Source: Actinomycetota bacterium (GTDB lineage: Bacteria > Actinomycetota > JAHEXW01). Taken from it: 64,000 bases of DNA. Positions 18,125 through 27,072 of the stretch are shown piece by piece. The notes beneath the pieces were generated by a model. That model was not told where the DNA came from. It saw nothing but the letters and a program-made list of their open reading frames with translations, and did no database searches. The translations under genes were made by a program, and so were the position numbers. Within the stretch, counting starts at the first letter, position 1, and the number at the start of each line of letters is the position of its first letter. Location: positions 538,851 through 602,850 of the forward strand of contig JBAZZW010000002.1 in assembly GCA_041658625.1 (NCBI GenBank), read 5' to 3'.

Positions 18125-18146
18125 ATCAGGCAATACATTGCCTGAT
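18125..18146. promoter_or_regulatory. 10-2-10 inverted repeat ATCAGGCAAT-AC-ATTGCCTGAT about 57 nt upstream of vapB-like start; candidate TA operator
   Basis: Read directly; a second palindrome CCTCTCCCC-GGA-GGGGAGAGG lies at 18183..18203. Confidence 0.3.
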
Positions 18147-18471
18147 TATGATCAGCAAATATATTTGGCCCCTCACCTCAATCCTCTCCCCGGAGGGGAG
18201 AGGCAGTAACAAAACTCGAGCACCTATTCTGCGAGTCAAGACTGAGGGTGGGCGGGAGCCTCGAACATGGGTTTCCTTGAAGTTTTTCGCGCCGCCAGCC
18301 GCCGATTAATATAAAGGATCGAGCATGCGGACATTCCACGACTCGAGCGGAGAGCATTGTTTGCTCGCCGTGGCGACCTGAAACACGGGGTCAGGCCCTA
18401 TCTCATAAGAAGAAAGGGCCTGACCCCATAGCACTAACGATGGTAGGCCGCGAGCGGCATGCTCGTCTATT

Positions 18472-18933
18472 TTACCGGCGGGTTGTGCTTAGTGTTTTGT
18501 ATTCTTTTTGCGAGATGAGGCGGCGGGAGTGGGCTTCTTTGAGAATCCAGCGGGAGTCGTTGACTTCCAGGTCGGCGGACATTAGGTCTTCCCTCGCCCG
18601 CCGGTCGTCTGTGATAAGCGTGTATAGGTGGGTTAAGGCAAGAGCGGCGGAGTCGCGCTCGCCGGCGTGCATGAAATCGGTTTTGTATTCGGCAATCACG
18701 CGATCCTCGGCGGGGCTTACGTCAATTGTGCGGATCCTTCCGGCGGCGAGGTCGCGAGTGAAATCTTCTTTCCCGGGACCGAAGCCGTGGTACTCAAACT
18801 CTCGTTTGACCCGCTCGGCAACTGTTATGCCGCCTAATACGCGGTGGAGAATGTCAGGCCGGCCCAGATGGCAGTAGAACTTCATTAAGACGTCGGTATC
18901 GACGATATATCCGTTCTGAGTCATTTTACTCAA
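18472..18933 (-). CDS. PIN-like domain protein (putative nuclease/toxin)
   Basis: 153 aa; YIVDTDVLM N-terminal strand and GERDSAALALTH...LITDD acidic motifs. Confidence 0.45.
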   Translation of the reverse strand: MSKMTQNGYIVDTDVLMKFYCHLGRPDILHRVLGGITVAERVKREFEYHGFGPGKEDFTRDLAAGRIRTIDVSPAEDRVIAEYKTDFMHAGERDSAALALTHLYTLITDDRRAREDLMSADLEVNDSRWILKEAHSRRLISQKEYKTLSTTRR

Positions 18934-19495
18934 AAGGGCGTGCTTCTTTTTGCACTTCAGCCCACTCTTTATCTAGTTCCAATTCTGTAATCCAATGAGA
19001 AATATATTCTTCGTCCAAGTCACCGTACTGAACTTCGTAAACGCGTATTGCATCGACGATTTGTTTTCGGCTACCTGCGGATAGCTTTGACCATTGAAGC
19101 TTGACTAGAATCGTATCCTCCGGGCTGGCTACGCTAATGCCAACTCCCGCGAACTCTTCGAGCCGCCGACGCTTGAAACGTGAAAGATCAAAGGGTTTGT
19201 CGGTCAAGAGCCAGAAGTCGGCTTTGTCACCTGTTTCGGTATCTATCAGGTTGAACATCGTCGTTGCTTCGATGGCTTGGCTGATGGCTTCCGGATCAAG
19301 ATAAAACCGAGGTCCGGGAAAAGCTGTAACAAGCGAATCTATGTCGTTTTTCTTAATATTGACTACTACGTCCACGTCGTGGGTGGCCCTAGGCTCTCCG
19401 TAAAGGCTTGACGCAATCGATCCTGATACGAAATAGTTGATGCCTGCTTTATAAAGAGCGCTGCATATCTCTACTAGTAGTTGTTGTTGCGACAT
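18926..19495 (-). CDS. nucleotidyltransferase-fold protein (Pol-beta-type GS...DxD motif)
   Basis: 189 aa; GSIASSLYGEPRATHDVDVVV minimal NTase motif; 8-nt overlap with downstream PIN-like gene. Confidence 0.45.
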   Translation of the reverse strand: MSQQQLLVEICSALYKAGINYFVSGSIASSLYGEPRATHDVDVVVNIKKNDIDSLVTAFPGPRFYLDPEAISQAIEATTMFNLIDTETGDKADFWLLTDKPFDLSRFKRRRLEEFAGVGISVASPEDTILVKLQWSKLSAGSRKQIVDAIRVYEVQYGDLDEEYISHWITELELDKEWAEVQKEARPFE

Positions 19496-19691
19496 CGTTC
19501 GATAATCTCCCTCGAGCGGTTTGTCAGTTCTTCGTCAGAATACTGAGGATAGCGCCTTCTTAGCCCCTGCATGAGAAGCCTATCTGACAAATCTGTCAAC
19601 TCAAAAGCCTTGTCTAGTCTTTCTTGTGGAGTCATACGGCGAAGTGTTTTTATGTAAATTGCGTGATTGGGGCGCGGTTTTAATTCCATTT

Positions 19692-20030
19692 CTACCGGAC
19701 TTTTGTGAGTTCGCGGGCGGTGGTGCGCTGGCCGCAGTTGGGGCACTTAAGGTACTTCCAGCTTCCCGACTTGTTAACGCCTTGAAAACTAAAGAGGTCT
19801 TTGAGCATCGATATTTCAAAGTCTTCGTCGCAGTTGGCGCAGCGATAGCCGAAGGTTCTGGCATGCCAGCGGACCAGAAGTAACAAGCAGCCGGCGACGA
19901 GGATGCCTCCGGTCAGCATGTTTTCCGGCCAGGACATAGCCAAGATGGCGATGATACCGACGAGGAAAATGCCGACGAGGATGAAGGTTTGGATGGCGTC
20001 TGATTTGTTGGGTTCCCTTAGTTTAACCAT
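19692..20030 (-). CDS. small membrane protein with C-terminal zinc-ribbon (CxxC...CxxC)
   Basis: 112 aa; two TM helices then CANCDEDF...CPNCGQ. Confidence 0.45.
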   Translation of the reverse strand: MVKLREPNKSDAIQTFILVGIFLVGIIAILAMSWPENMLTGGILVAGCLLLLVRWHARTFGYRCANCDEDFEISMLKDLFSFQGVNKSGSWKYLKCPNCGQRTTARELTKVR

Positions 20031-20033
20031 AAC

Positions 20034-21074
20034 TTAGATTCTAAGGGTCAGGCCGCGCCGATTCAAGAAGTGCACGACAGTCCAGGTGATAACGATCAAA
20101 CCGCCGGCCACAATCGTGCCGTATTCCCAGGGTAGTCTGGCGCCATGCCGGTATAGGTCGTAGATAATGGGAGCAGCCAGGATATACTGCAGAATCCAGA
20201 CAGTCAACGCCGCGATACCGAAATCGCGCAGCGGTTTCATGATGCGTATCAACCACTTCCAGTGCAGCACTTCAATCAGACCGTATAGAAACATGAAGAC
20301 AAGCACCGACACGCCGGATGACAGCAGCGCGTAGCTGATTGACACCTCGTTCTTACTAAACGGCTCGAACGTATTGACGATGACTCCCAGCAACACGAGA
20401 GAGCAACCTACCTTGTACAGCCACCACTCGTAATCGACCGCCCCCACAACAAGGTGCTCGCCCGCTATCATGCCGAAGATTGAAATAACGGCCCAACCTA
20501 GAACCCCGAACGGGCTTCCGTGGGCAAAGGTGTTAAGGATATGAACATATGAATCCAGCTGGGACAACAGGAAATGCGTTGTCAGGAGGCCGGTGATCGC
20601 GGCAATGCGCCAGAATATGTTCAGCCTTAGCGCGAGATAGGTAATCAGATAGCTGACGCCGAGGGTTTCCAGAACACCCCAGCGCAATCCGAAATTCATC
20701 CCCACCAACATCGCTTTGGTCTCGTCCACCAGCAGCCCTATGACAATCAGCATGACAGCGCGATACAGAACCTGCTTTAATATTTCCCGCTCGGGGACGC
20801 CCTTACTGCGCCTGTTCGTCCAGGTAAACGCCAGCGACATGCCCATCGTAAAGAGGAAGAACGGGGCCACGAAGTCGCCGGGGAGAAGAAAATCGGTGCG
20901 GCCGTGCTGCAGAATCCGCGGCTCGTTGTAGGAAAAGAAAGGAACATAATCATAAATCAGCATGCCGAGAACGGCCAGGCCCCGGAATAAATCGACTACG
21001 AGCAGGCGCGGAATCTTGAGTGGCGCGAAGTTGTCTGCGAGCTGGGAGTTGTCTACACTCTGGATTTTAGCCAC
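20034..21074 (-). CDS. polytopic membrane protein, DUF1624/HGSNAT-like acyltransferase family (tentative)
   Basis: 346 aa; about 10 TM helices; family assignment from memory only. Confidence 0.45.
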   Translation of the reverse strand: MAKIQSVDNSQLADNFAPLKIPRLLVVDLFRGLAVLGMLIYDYVPFFSYNEPRILQHGRTDFLLPGDFVAPFFLFTMGMSLAFTWTNRRSKGVPEREILKQVLYRAVMLIVIGLLVDETKAMLVGMNFGLRWGVLETLGVSYLITYLALRLNIFWRIAAITGLLTTHFLLSQLDSYVHILNTFAHGSPFGVLGWAVISIFGMIAGEHLVVGAVDYEWWLYKVGCSLVLLGVIVNTFEPFSKNEVSISYALLSSGVSVLVFMFLYGLIEVLHWKWLIRIMKPLRDFGIAALTVWILQYILAAPIIYDLYRHGARLPWEYGTIVAGGLIVITWTVVHFLNRRGLTLRI

Positions 21075-22261
21075 ATCAACAGTATAGCAATCAGACTGGT
21101 TGACGTAACCAACAAATAGACCGAGGTGTAGCCGAAGGCGTCAATAATAGCGCCTCCCAACAAAGAGGCCGGCACTTGCGAGAGGGTGATCGAGATTGTG
21201 TCCAGGCCGTAGAACTCCCCTTCCCGGCCTTTGGGAACGAGCTCGGCGAGCAGCGCGAACGGTTCGTTGAAAAGAGGCGCGGCTCCGACGACGACAAAGA
21301 GCGCGGCCACGTAAAACATGGTCAGGTCGCGGAAGAAAAAGGCGATGACGCTGCCGATGGTAAGCGAGACCAAGCCGACCGTGACGATCTGGCGATGCCC
21401 CCACCTGTCGCCCAGCGCCCCAGCCGCGACGATGGCCCCGATTAAGAGAACGGCTCCGATAATGACGCCCGGGCCGAGCCGAAACAGTTCGGATACCTCG
21501 ACGCCGTATAGTTCTTTCAACATGATGGTCGCGAACGGCATCAGCGAGCCCAGGCCCAACCACCAGAAGAACTGCGCCGCGAAGAACAGAAGGATCTTCT
21601 TTTGCGATACCAGATCACGCATATACCGGCGAAAGTTTTTGAAGATTGAAATCTTGTCCTGGTCGGGAAGCTCCCCGCCCCTGTCTTCCCTAACCGATAT
21701 GAATGTGATGGCGGCCGTGAAGACGATAACGAAAGCCGTCAGGTAAAACAGCCAGGCCGGATTCTTAGCCCAGAACCAGCCGCCGAAACCAAGCACCAAG
21801 GCGGCTCCGAGCAGGCGCAGAAGTCCGGTGAACGTCGAATAAGCGCCGCGCCGGCCTTCCCCCGACATCTCCGGAATAAGGGCGTAGAATGGTATCTGGT
21901 AGGCGACCGAGAAGGTGAAAAACAGGCTTACCAGGAGCAGAAACACCCAGTAGTTAAGGGTGTGCGGCATGGCCGCGACGCATAGCGCCGCCAGAATAGA
22001 ACCTGCCAGTATATACGGCCGGCGCCGGCCCCACGGCGTCCAGGTGTTATCGGACAGCGTGCCCGCCAGCGGGGATAGGATGACGGAGATAACGTGCGAC
22101 AGGCTGGCCGCCACCCCGACCATAAAGTTGGACACGTTGATAAAGTCGTGCAGGTATAAGGTCGCGAAACCGAAGATAAGCGTTGTCGACATGGTGATAC
22201 CGACAACAGCGGAATTATGCCAGAGAAAACTAATAAGACGCGATGACTGTTTTTCCGCCAT
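21053..22261 (-). CDS. MFS transporter
   Basis: 402 aa; 12-TM topology with MFS-like loop motifs. Confidence 0.8.
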   Translation of the reverse strand: MAEKQSSRLISFLWHNSAVVGITMSTTLIFGFATLYLHDFINVSNFMVGVAASLSHVISVILSPLAGTLSDNTWTPWGRRRPYILAGSILAALCVAAMPHTLNYWVFLLLVSLFFTFSVAYQIPFYALIPEMSGEGRRGAYSTFTGLLRLLGAALVLGFGGWFWAKNPAWLFYLTAFVIVFTAAITFISVREDRGGELPDQDKISIFKNFRRYMRDLVSQKKILLFFAAQFFWWLGLGSLMPFATIMLKELYGVEVSELFRLGPGVIIGAVLLIGAIVAAGALGDRWGHRQIVTVGLVSLTIGSVIAFFFRDLTMFYVAALFVVVGAAPLFNEPFALLAELVPKGREGEFYGLDTISITLSQVPASLLGGAIIDAFGYTSVYLLVTSTSLIAILLMWLKSRV

Positions 22262-22934
22262 ACACTTGTTGGCCTTCCGTAATCTTGATTTCGATGTCGG
22301 TTTTGTAAATGATCAGGTCGACCTGGCTGCCGCGGTCTATAAATCCGACTTTGTCGCCGGTTTTAAGGTTCTGCCCCTCTTCCACGTAGCAGGTGATCTT
22401 GTTGACGAATTTGTCCGCTATCTCGATGACGGCGTAGTCGAAACCCGGGCCTTCGACCAGCAGACTGTTCCGCTCGTTCACCAGATGAAACTTGGCGCTG
22501 AAGTTGTCTATGGCCTGCCTTAGGTACGTAAACTTGATGTATTCCCACAAGTCGACCATGGGCACATTGGCCTTGGCTTTGGTGTAAGCGATTCGTTTTA
22601 TCTTGCCCGGCGCCGGCGCGTAGTTAAAGTGCACGTCGAAAGGCGACATGTAGATCCCGACGATCCAGCCGTCCGCGTGCTCCGGAAGATCAAGGTCGGT
22701 CAATTCGGTCAGCTTGATGTCTCGGCCAAGCTTGCTAGAAACAACCTTGCCGCCGGTGAACTTCTTGACATAGACGACCTGTCCGTCGGCGGGAGAGATG
22801 AAGACGTCGCCGGTGGCGTCGGCCGTCCGCGGCGGGTCGCGGTAGAACCAGACGAAGCGGTTCAGGAGGTATAGCGTCGTCAAAACGACTATAACCAGTA
22901 ATAAGACTATGAGGACAATATACAGTGGTTTCAT
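22230..22934 (-). CDS. psd: phosphatidylserine decarboxylase-family protein
   Basis: 234 aa; N-terminal TM anchor, PSD-like core, C-terminal region ending ...GGKTVIASY. Confidence 0.75.
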   Translation of the reverse strand: MKPLYIVLIVLLLVIVVLTTLYLLNRFVWFYRDPPRTADATGDVFISPADGQVVYVKKFTGGKVVSSKLGRDIKLTELTDLDLPEHADGWIVGIYMSPFDVHFNYAPAPGKIKRIAYTKAKANVPMVDLWEYIKFTYLRQAIDNFSAKFHLVNERNSLLVEGPGFDYAVIEIADKFVNKITCYVEEGQNLKTGDKVGFIDRGSQVDLIIYKTDIEIKITEGQQVYGGKTVIASY

Positions 22935-22941
22935 CTGCTAA

Positions 22942-22984
22942 CTTCTCGATTCCCTCGCTGCCACTCGCTCACTCGAAGAATATT
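22942..22984 (-). repeat. 43-bp conserved intergenic element (copy 1), 8 nt upstream of psd start
   Basis: CTTCTCGATTCCCTCGCTGCCACTCGCTCACTCGAAGAATATT; 41/43 identical to 24670..24712; shares AATATTCTTCGAG(T/C)GAGCG with 59915..59933. Confidence 0.5.
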
Positions 22985-23000
22985 CTTCCCTTATTCCCTG

Positions 23001-23981
23001 TTACTTTTCTTTAAGATACTTCCAGATAACGTACGGAAGTTTCGGAACGTAATACCCCGCCAACCCTGCCATCGATTTTAGCGCGGCGGCTTTGTTCTCC
23101 GGGATCGGACCTTGCTCGAAAACGCCGGTCCGGTAGCCGCTGTCCAGCGCCGTATAGGTCGCTTGGTACCCGAACTTTTCGTTAAAAGCTTTGACCTCGT
23201 CAGACGCCGTCCGTTTTATCAAATCTTCCGGGACATCGGCGATTGAGGATAACTCATTATACAGGGGAATAAGTTCTTCGACATAGCCTTTCGCGGCGAC
23301 GCCGGCGCGCACCTTGTTGTACCATTGCCGATCGAACGGCAAGCGCCTGTCCAGCTTGGCGATTGCCTCGACAGCGCGGGCCAGGACGGCGACGCGGTTT
23401 AAGTCCCAGACAGGATCTAGCACCCTTAGCTCGACCGTGCCGAGACGTTTGGCGATGATAATGTCCTGGAAGCGGTCCCGCGGATCTTCGCGCAGCTTGC
23501 CGATGGCGTAACTGTGGGCCATTCTGAAGGACTGCCCCATATATGTGCCACCCGCGTAAGGCGCGTTAATTGTCAGCAAGGTTAAAACGGGTAAGAAATA
23601 AGCCAGGTTGGCATAGGTAAGCTCTATGTCGGGGACCCCTCCGACGTGCAGCTGCAGCGCGCAGACGTTCGTCGGCGTACTTAGGTTGATCAAATGTCCG
23701 ATCGGCGCGATCAAGCCTTCCGAAACGCCGGCCAGTTCCCGCCGGCGCGCGGCCAGATCGTCCAGCAAAGAGGCGGCGTCGCCATGAACTTGCGTCGCTA
23801 CCTCCACCCCGCTCATCAACCCGTATTTTACGTCGGGACCCCGGCTGAAATTAGAGGCCGTCAGGCGGTAGTGCCGCCCCGGGTCACTCCACATAAGTTT
23901 GGACAGGTAATACAGGGATTTGAGAGAGGGCCTCTCCGGCTCGACAACGAAGACCTCTTCTTCCAGGCCGAAGGTAGCCAT
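23001..23981 (-). CDS. GCS2-family carboxylate-amine ligase-like protein (tentative)
   Basis: Start taken at ATG 23981 (MATFGLEEEVFVVEP), 1 nt after scpB stop; the track's 389-aa TTG-initiated form adds a Pro/Arg-rich extension overlapping scpB. LEEEVF and LQLHVGG motifs. Confidence 0.5.
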   Translation of the reverse strand: MATFGLEEEVFVVEPERPSLKSLYYLSKLMWSDPGRHYRLTASNFSRGPDVKYGLMSGVEVATQVHGDAASLLDDLAARRRELAGVSEGLIAPIGHLINLSTPTNVCALQLHVGGVPDIELTYANLAYFLPVLTLLTINAPYAGGTYMGQSFRMAHSYAIGKLREDPRDRFQDIIIAKRLGTVELRVLDPVWDLNRVAVLARAVEAIAKLDRRLPFDRQWYNKVRAGVAAKGYVEELIPLYNELSSIADVPEDLIKRTASDEVKAFNEKFGYQATYTALDSGYRTGVFEQGPIPENKAAALKSMAGLAGYYVPKLPYVIWKYLKEK

Positions 23982-23982
23982 C

Positions 23983-24654
23983 TTATTCCGCAGGCTTGTC
24001 CGCCGGAGCTTCAGCGGCGGCGGGCGTTTCGGCGGGCCTGCCCTCCGAAGCTTCAGCGGCGGAGGGTTCTTCCGTAGCGGCTTCCGCGGTTTCGCCGGCG
24101 AGCTTGAACCTGATCTTGCGCTGCGTCTCCTCGTCCGGTTCAAAACCTTCCAGTTCCGGCAGTTCGTCAAGGTTCTCCAACCCGAAGCTTTCTAAGAAAC
24201 GCTCGGTTGTGCCGTAGAGTGTCGGCCGGCCGATGACGTCGTCCTTGCCGATCTCTTTAACCAAGCCTTTGGCCAGCAGATTGGCCAGAACCGAATCGAC
24301 GCTGACGCCACGAATCGCCGCGATTTCAGCGCGGGTGATCGGTTGCCTATAGGCGATAATGGCCAGGGTTTCCAGACCGGCTTGGGTAAGCCTCCTGAAA
24401 TCTGATGAGAGAACCAGCTTCTCCACGTAGACGCGGTTCTTGGGATCGGTATAGAGCCGGTATCCGCCGGCGATCGCTTTCAATCTTATGCCCCGGCCGC
24501 CTTTGGCCATGTCTTCCTTAAGGTCGGCCAGCGCCTGCTTAACCTCATCTTCGTTTCTGCCGGTAAAGTCGGCCAGCTTCTTTAGAGGCAAAGGTTCATC
24601 GGTAACAAATAGTAGCGACTCTATAATTGATTTCAATTGTTGGTCATTGCCCAT
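23983..24654 (-). CDS. scpB: segregation and condensation protein B
   Basis: 223 aa; winged-helix ScpB core with Ala/Glu/Pro-rich acidic C-terminal tail. Confidence 0.85.
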   Translation of the reverse strand: MGNDQQLKSIIESLLFVTDEPLPLKKLADFTGRNEDEVKQALADLKEDMAKGGRGIRLKAIAGGYRLYTDPKNRVYVEKLVLSSDFRRLTQAGLETLAIIAYRQPITRAEIAAIRGVSVDSVLANLLAKGLVKEIGKDDVIGRPTLYGTTERFLESFGLENLDELPELEGFEPDEETQRKIRFKLAGETAEAATEEPSAAEASEGRPAETPAAAEAPADKPAE

Positions 24655-24669
24655 TTCTGATATCCTCAG

Positions 24670-24712
24670 CTTCTCGATTCCCTCGCTGACGCTCGCTCAC
24701 TCGAAGAATATT
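24670..24712 (-). repeat. 43-bp conserved intergenic element (copy 2), 16 nt upstream of scpB start
   Basis: CTTCTCGATTCCCTCGCTGACGCTCGCTCACTCGAAGAATATT; near-identical to 22942..22984. Confidence 0.5.
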
Positions 24713-24742
24713 TACTAACTACTAACCACTAACTGCTAACAG

Positions 24743-24784
24743 CTCTTGGCTCTTGGCTCTTGGCTCTTGGCTCTTGGCTCTTGG
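24743..24784. repeat. heptanucleotide tandem repeat (CTCTTGG)x6, preceded by TAAC-rich reiterations (24712..24740)
   Basis: Read directly in the 135-bp scpA-scpB spacer. Confidence 0.7.
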
Positions 24785-24789
24785 CTATT

Positions 24790-25569
24790 CTAGTCCTCAC
24801 TCCAGTGGTTTGAGTTAATCGCGGCCTCATCAACAAGCTTAACTTCGATGTCGCCGAACGTCTTGGCCTGACTGACGCCGATGACCCCGCGTTTGAAAAG
24901 CTCGAGGATGGTCAGAAAGACTACGATCTTCTCGATCCTGGACTCGGCTTTCCGGCAAAGGTAGCGGAAAGAACACGTTGGCTTCTTCTTAAGCTCTTTT
25001 AATAGGTCGACAGCCTTCTCGCCGACCGACAAGCTGTACAAAGCGATGTGGGAGGTATCAATCTCGAACGTCGGCTTAATCTGCAGAAGCTCCTGCGCCA
25101 TGATGGACAAATCGGTCAACCTTATGCCCTGCAGAAAATCGGGCGCCAGGTCGGCGAAATCCTCTTCCGGCGCCGCCACCCTCATGAAGTGATAGCTCTG
25201 CTCTTCGGCCCGCCCTGACAGTTCCGCCGACATCGCCTGGAAAGTCATGTATTCGATCAAGTGGTCTATCAGGCTTTCCCGCGACTCCATTTCCCCGCGG
25301 ATCTGTTCGATCTGGGCGGCTTCGTCGACCGGCAGCAGCGCGAAAGACTTAAGCTCCAGGAGCGTCGCCGCGATGACCAGGAACTCGCTGGTCAAATCCA
25401 GGTTAAGCTCCTTCATTTTGGTGACGTATTTCAGATAGTCGTCGGTGATCTTGGCGATGGGGACTTCGTAGATATCGACCTCTTGTTTGAGAATCAGGTC
25501 GAGCAGAAGGTCAAAAGGACCCGCGAAAACATCAAGTTTGATTTCGTAGGCCAGGGTGTCCGTGCTCAC
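24790..25569 (-). CDS. scpA: segregation and condensation protein A
   Basis: 259 aa; ScpA-like sequence; start overlaps trpS stop by 4 nt. Confidence 0.85.
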   Translation of the reverse strand: MSTDTLAYEIKLDVFAGPFDLLLDLILKQEVDIYEVPIAKITDDYLKYVTKMKELNLDLTSEFLVIAATLLELKSFALLPVDEAAQIEQIRGEMESRESLIDHLIEYMTFQAMSAELSGRAEEQSYHFMRVAAPEEDFADLAPDFLQGIRLTDLSIMAQELLQIKPTFEIDTSHIALYSLSVGEKAVDLLKELKKKPTCSFRYLCRKAESRIEKIVVFLTILELFKRGVIGVSQAKTFGDIEVKLVDEAAINSNHWSED

Positions 25570-26552
25570 TCTACATTCATCCGCCCGCGAACGTCGTGCA
25601 GTGTTTTCTGGGCTTCCGGCCGGGCTTTCGCCAAACCGGCCGCCAGGACTTCATCGATGAATCCTTTCTTGGCGAGGAGCTCCCGGCGTTTCTCGCGGAA
25701 GCTTGCCAGCTGATTGATGATGTTTTCCGCCAGCTTGTCTTTGCAGACGGTGCAGCCGATACTGCCCGCCCGGCACTGTTTGGCGACTTCCTTGACGTCT
25801 CCGGGCGAGAACACGCCATGGCCGGCGAACACGCTGCACACTTCGGGATGGCCCGGATCGGTCGCCCTGACGCGCGCCGGGTCGGTAATCATCGAGCGGA
25901 CCTTTTTGGTGATGACCTCCGGTTCGTCGCTTAAGTAGATGGCGTTGTCGTAGCTCTTGCTCATCTTCCTTCCGTCGAGGCCGATAACCTTGGGCGTCGC
26001 GGACAGAACGGCTTGCGGTTCGGTCAGGTTGGCTTTATACAGATGGTTGAAACGTCGGGCAATCTCCCTGGCCAGCTCGAGGTGCGGCAGTTGATCCTCG
26101 CCGACCGGAACCACGTTCGCGTGCATGATCAGAATGTCGGCCGCCTGCAAAACCGGATAGCCGAGGAAACCATAGGTAGCCACCAGCCTCTCGCCCAACT
26201 CCCTTAACTGATCTTTATAGGTGGTGTTGCGTTCCAGCCACCCCAGCGGGGTGATCATGGACAGATACAGATGGAACTCGGCGATTTCCGGGACGTCGGA
26301 TTGCCGGTAAATTAAGCATTTATTGGGGTCGAGACCCATGGCAACCCAGTCGATGACCATCTCTTTGGTGTCATCCTGGAGCCTGCTCGTGTCTTTATAC
26401 TTGGTCGTCAGGGCGTGCCAGTCGGCGATGAAGAAAAAGCAGTCGTACTTGTCCTGGGCGTCCAGCATGTTCTTAAGGTTGCCCTCGTAATGGCCGAGAT
26501 GCATCCGTCCTGTCGGACGGTAGCCCGTTAACAGCCGCTTCCTTGTCGTCAT
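25566..26552 (-). CDS. trpS: tryptophan--tRNA ligase
   Basis: 328 aa; class I HIGH-type TGYRPTGRMHLGHY and KMSKS motifs. Confidence 0.9.
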   Translation of the reverse strand: MTTRKRLLTGYRPTGRMHLGHYEGNLKNMLDAQDKYDCFFFIADWHALTTKYKDTSRLQDDTKEMVIDWVAMGLDPNKCLIYRQSDVPEIAEFHLYLSMITPLGWLERNTTYKDQLRELGERLVATYGFLGYPVLQAADILIMHANVVPVGEDQLPHLELAREIARRFNHLYKANLTEPQAVLSATPKVIGLDGRKMSKSYDNAIYLSDEPEVITKKVRSMITDPARVRATDPGHPEVCSVFAGHGVFSPGDVKEVAKQCRAGSIGCTVCKDKLAENIINQLASFREKRRELLAKKGFIDEVLAAGLAKARPEAQKTLHDVRGRMNVE

Positions 26553-26567
26553 GTTTGTCCTCTTTCG

Positions 26568-27068
26568 CTAGAAACGGTCGTCCGCGTCGCGCAAGACTCC
26601 GAGGTCGCGTTGCACGTCGGTCGGCGCTTCGCCGTTCTGGTGGAACCTGACCAAGCCGATAATATACGGATCCGCGGCCAACTCCTCGAGAATAGCCGCG
26701 CCAAGTTCCGGATGGTTCTTATGTACGTTGATCGCCCTGGCCAGCTTTCCTTTTCCCTTTTTGGCCAGCACGTCAGCCTCTTCGGGCTTATAGGCCTCGA
26801 TCGCTACGCAGACGCTTCGTCGGATCAGCGTCAGCTCCGGACAATTGGCCTTGCCGATATCGTGCAGCAAACCGGCCCTGATGAGCGGCAGACCGGCTCC
26901 GTGTCCGGCCAGATACCGGCCGACGTCCAGGGCGTGCTTGCGGTCGTATCTGGACATGGTTTTGAACAGGTCAAGCTCGTCTTTGGTCAGGTAATCCGCT
27001 ATGAAAGTATAGTCATTTTCGGTAAGCCTCGCAAACAGGCCCCGGATGAATTGTTTAACTCTTTTCAC
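26568..27068 (-). CDS. HD-domain phosphohydrolase
   Basis: 166 aa; H...HD motif LLHDIGK. Confidence 0.7.
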   Translation of the reverse strand: MKRVKQFIRGLFARLTENDYTFIADYLTKDELDLFKTMSRYDRKHALDVGRYLAGHGAGLPLIRAGLLHDIGKANCPELTLIRRSVCVAIEAYKPEEADVLAKKGKGKLARAINVHKNHPELGAAILEELAADPYIIGLVRFHQNGEAPTDVQRDLGVLRDADDRF

Positions 27069-27072
27069 GGCG

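Noticed and set aside
18387-18426. 13-bp-stem hairpin GGGGTCAGGCCCT...AGGGCCTGACCCC downstream of the PIN-like gene, considered as a terminator
   Set aside because: Strong stem but no U-tract on either strand; cannot be called an intrinsic terminator by eye. May be a REP-like or processing element.
19474-19746. 90-aa ORF overlapping both neighbours
   Set aside because: Overlaps the zinc-ribbon membrane gene and the NTase gene; only a shortened form (from MELKPR, about 19474..19689) could be real and I cannot support it without conservation data.
23982-24170. TTG-initiated Pro/Arg/Lys-rich N-terminal extension of the 23001 gene
   Set aside because: Overlaps scpB C-terminus antisense-frame; an in-frame ATG (MATFGLEEE) starts right after the scpB stop.
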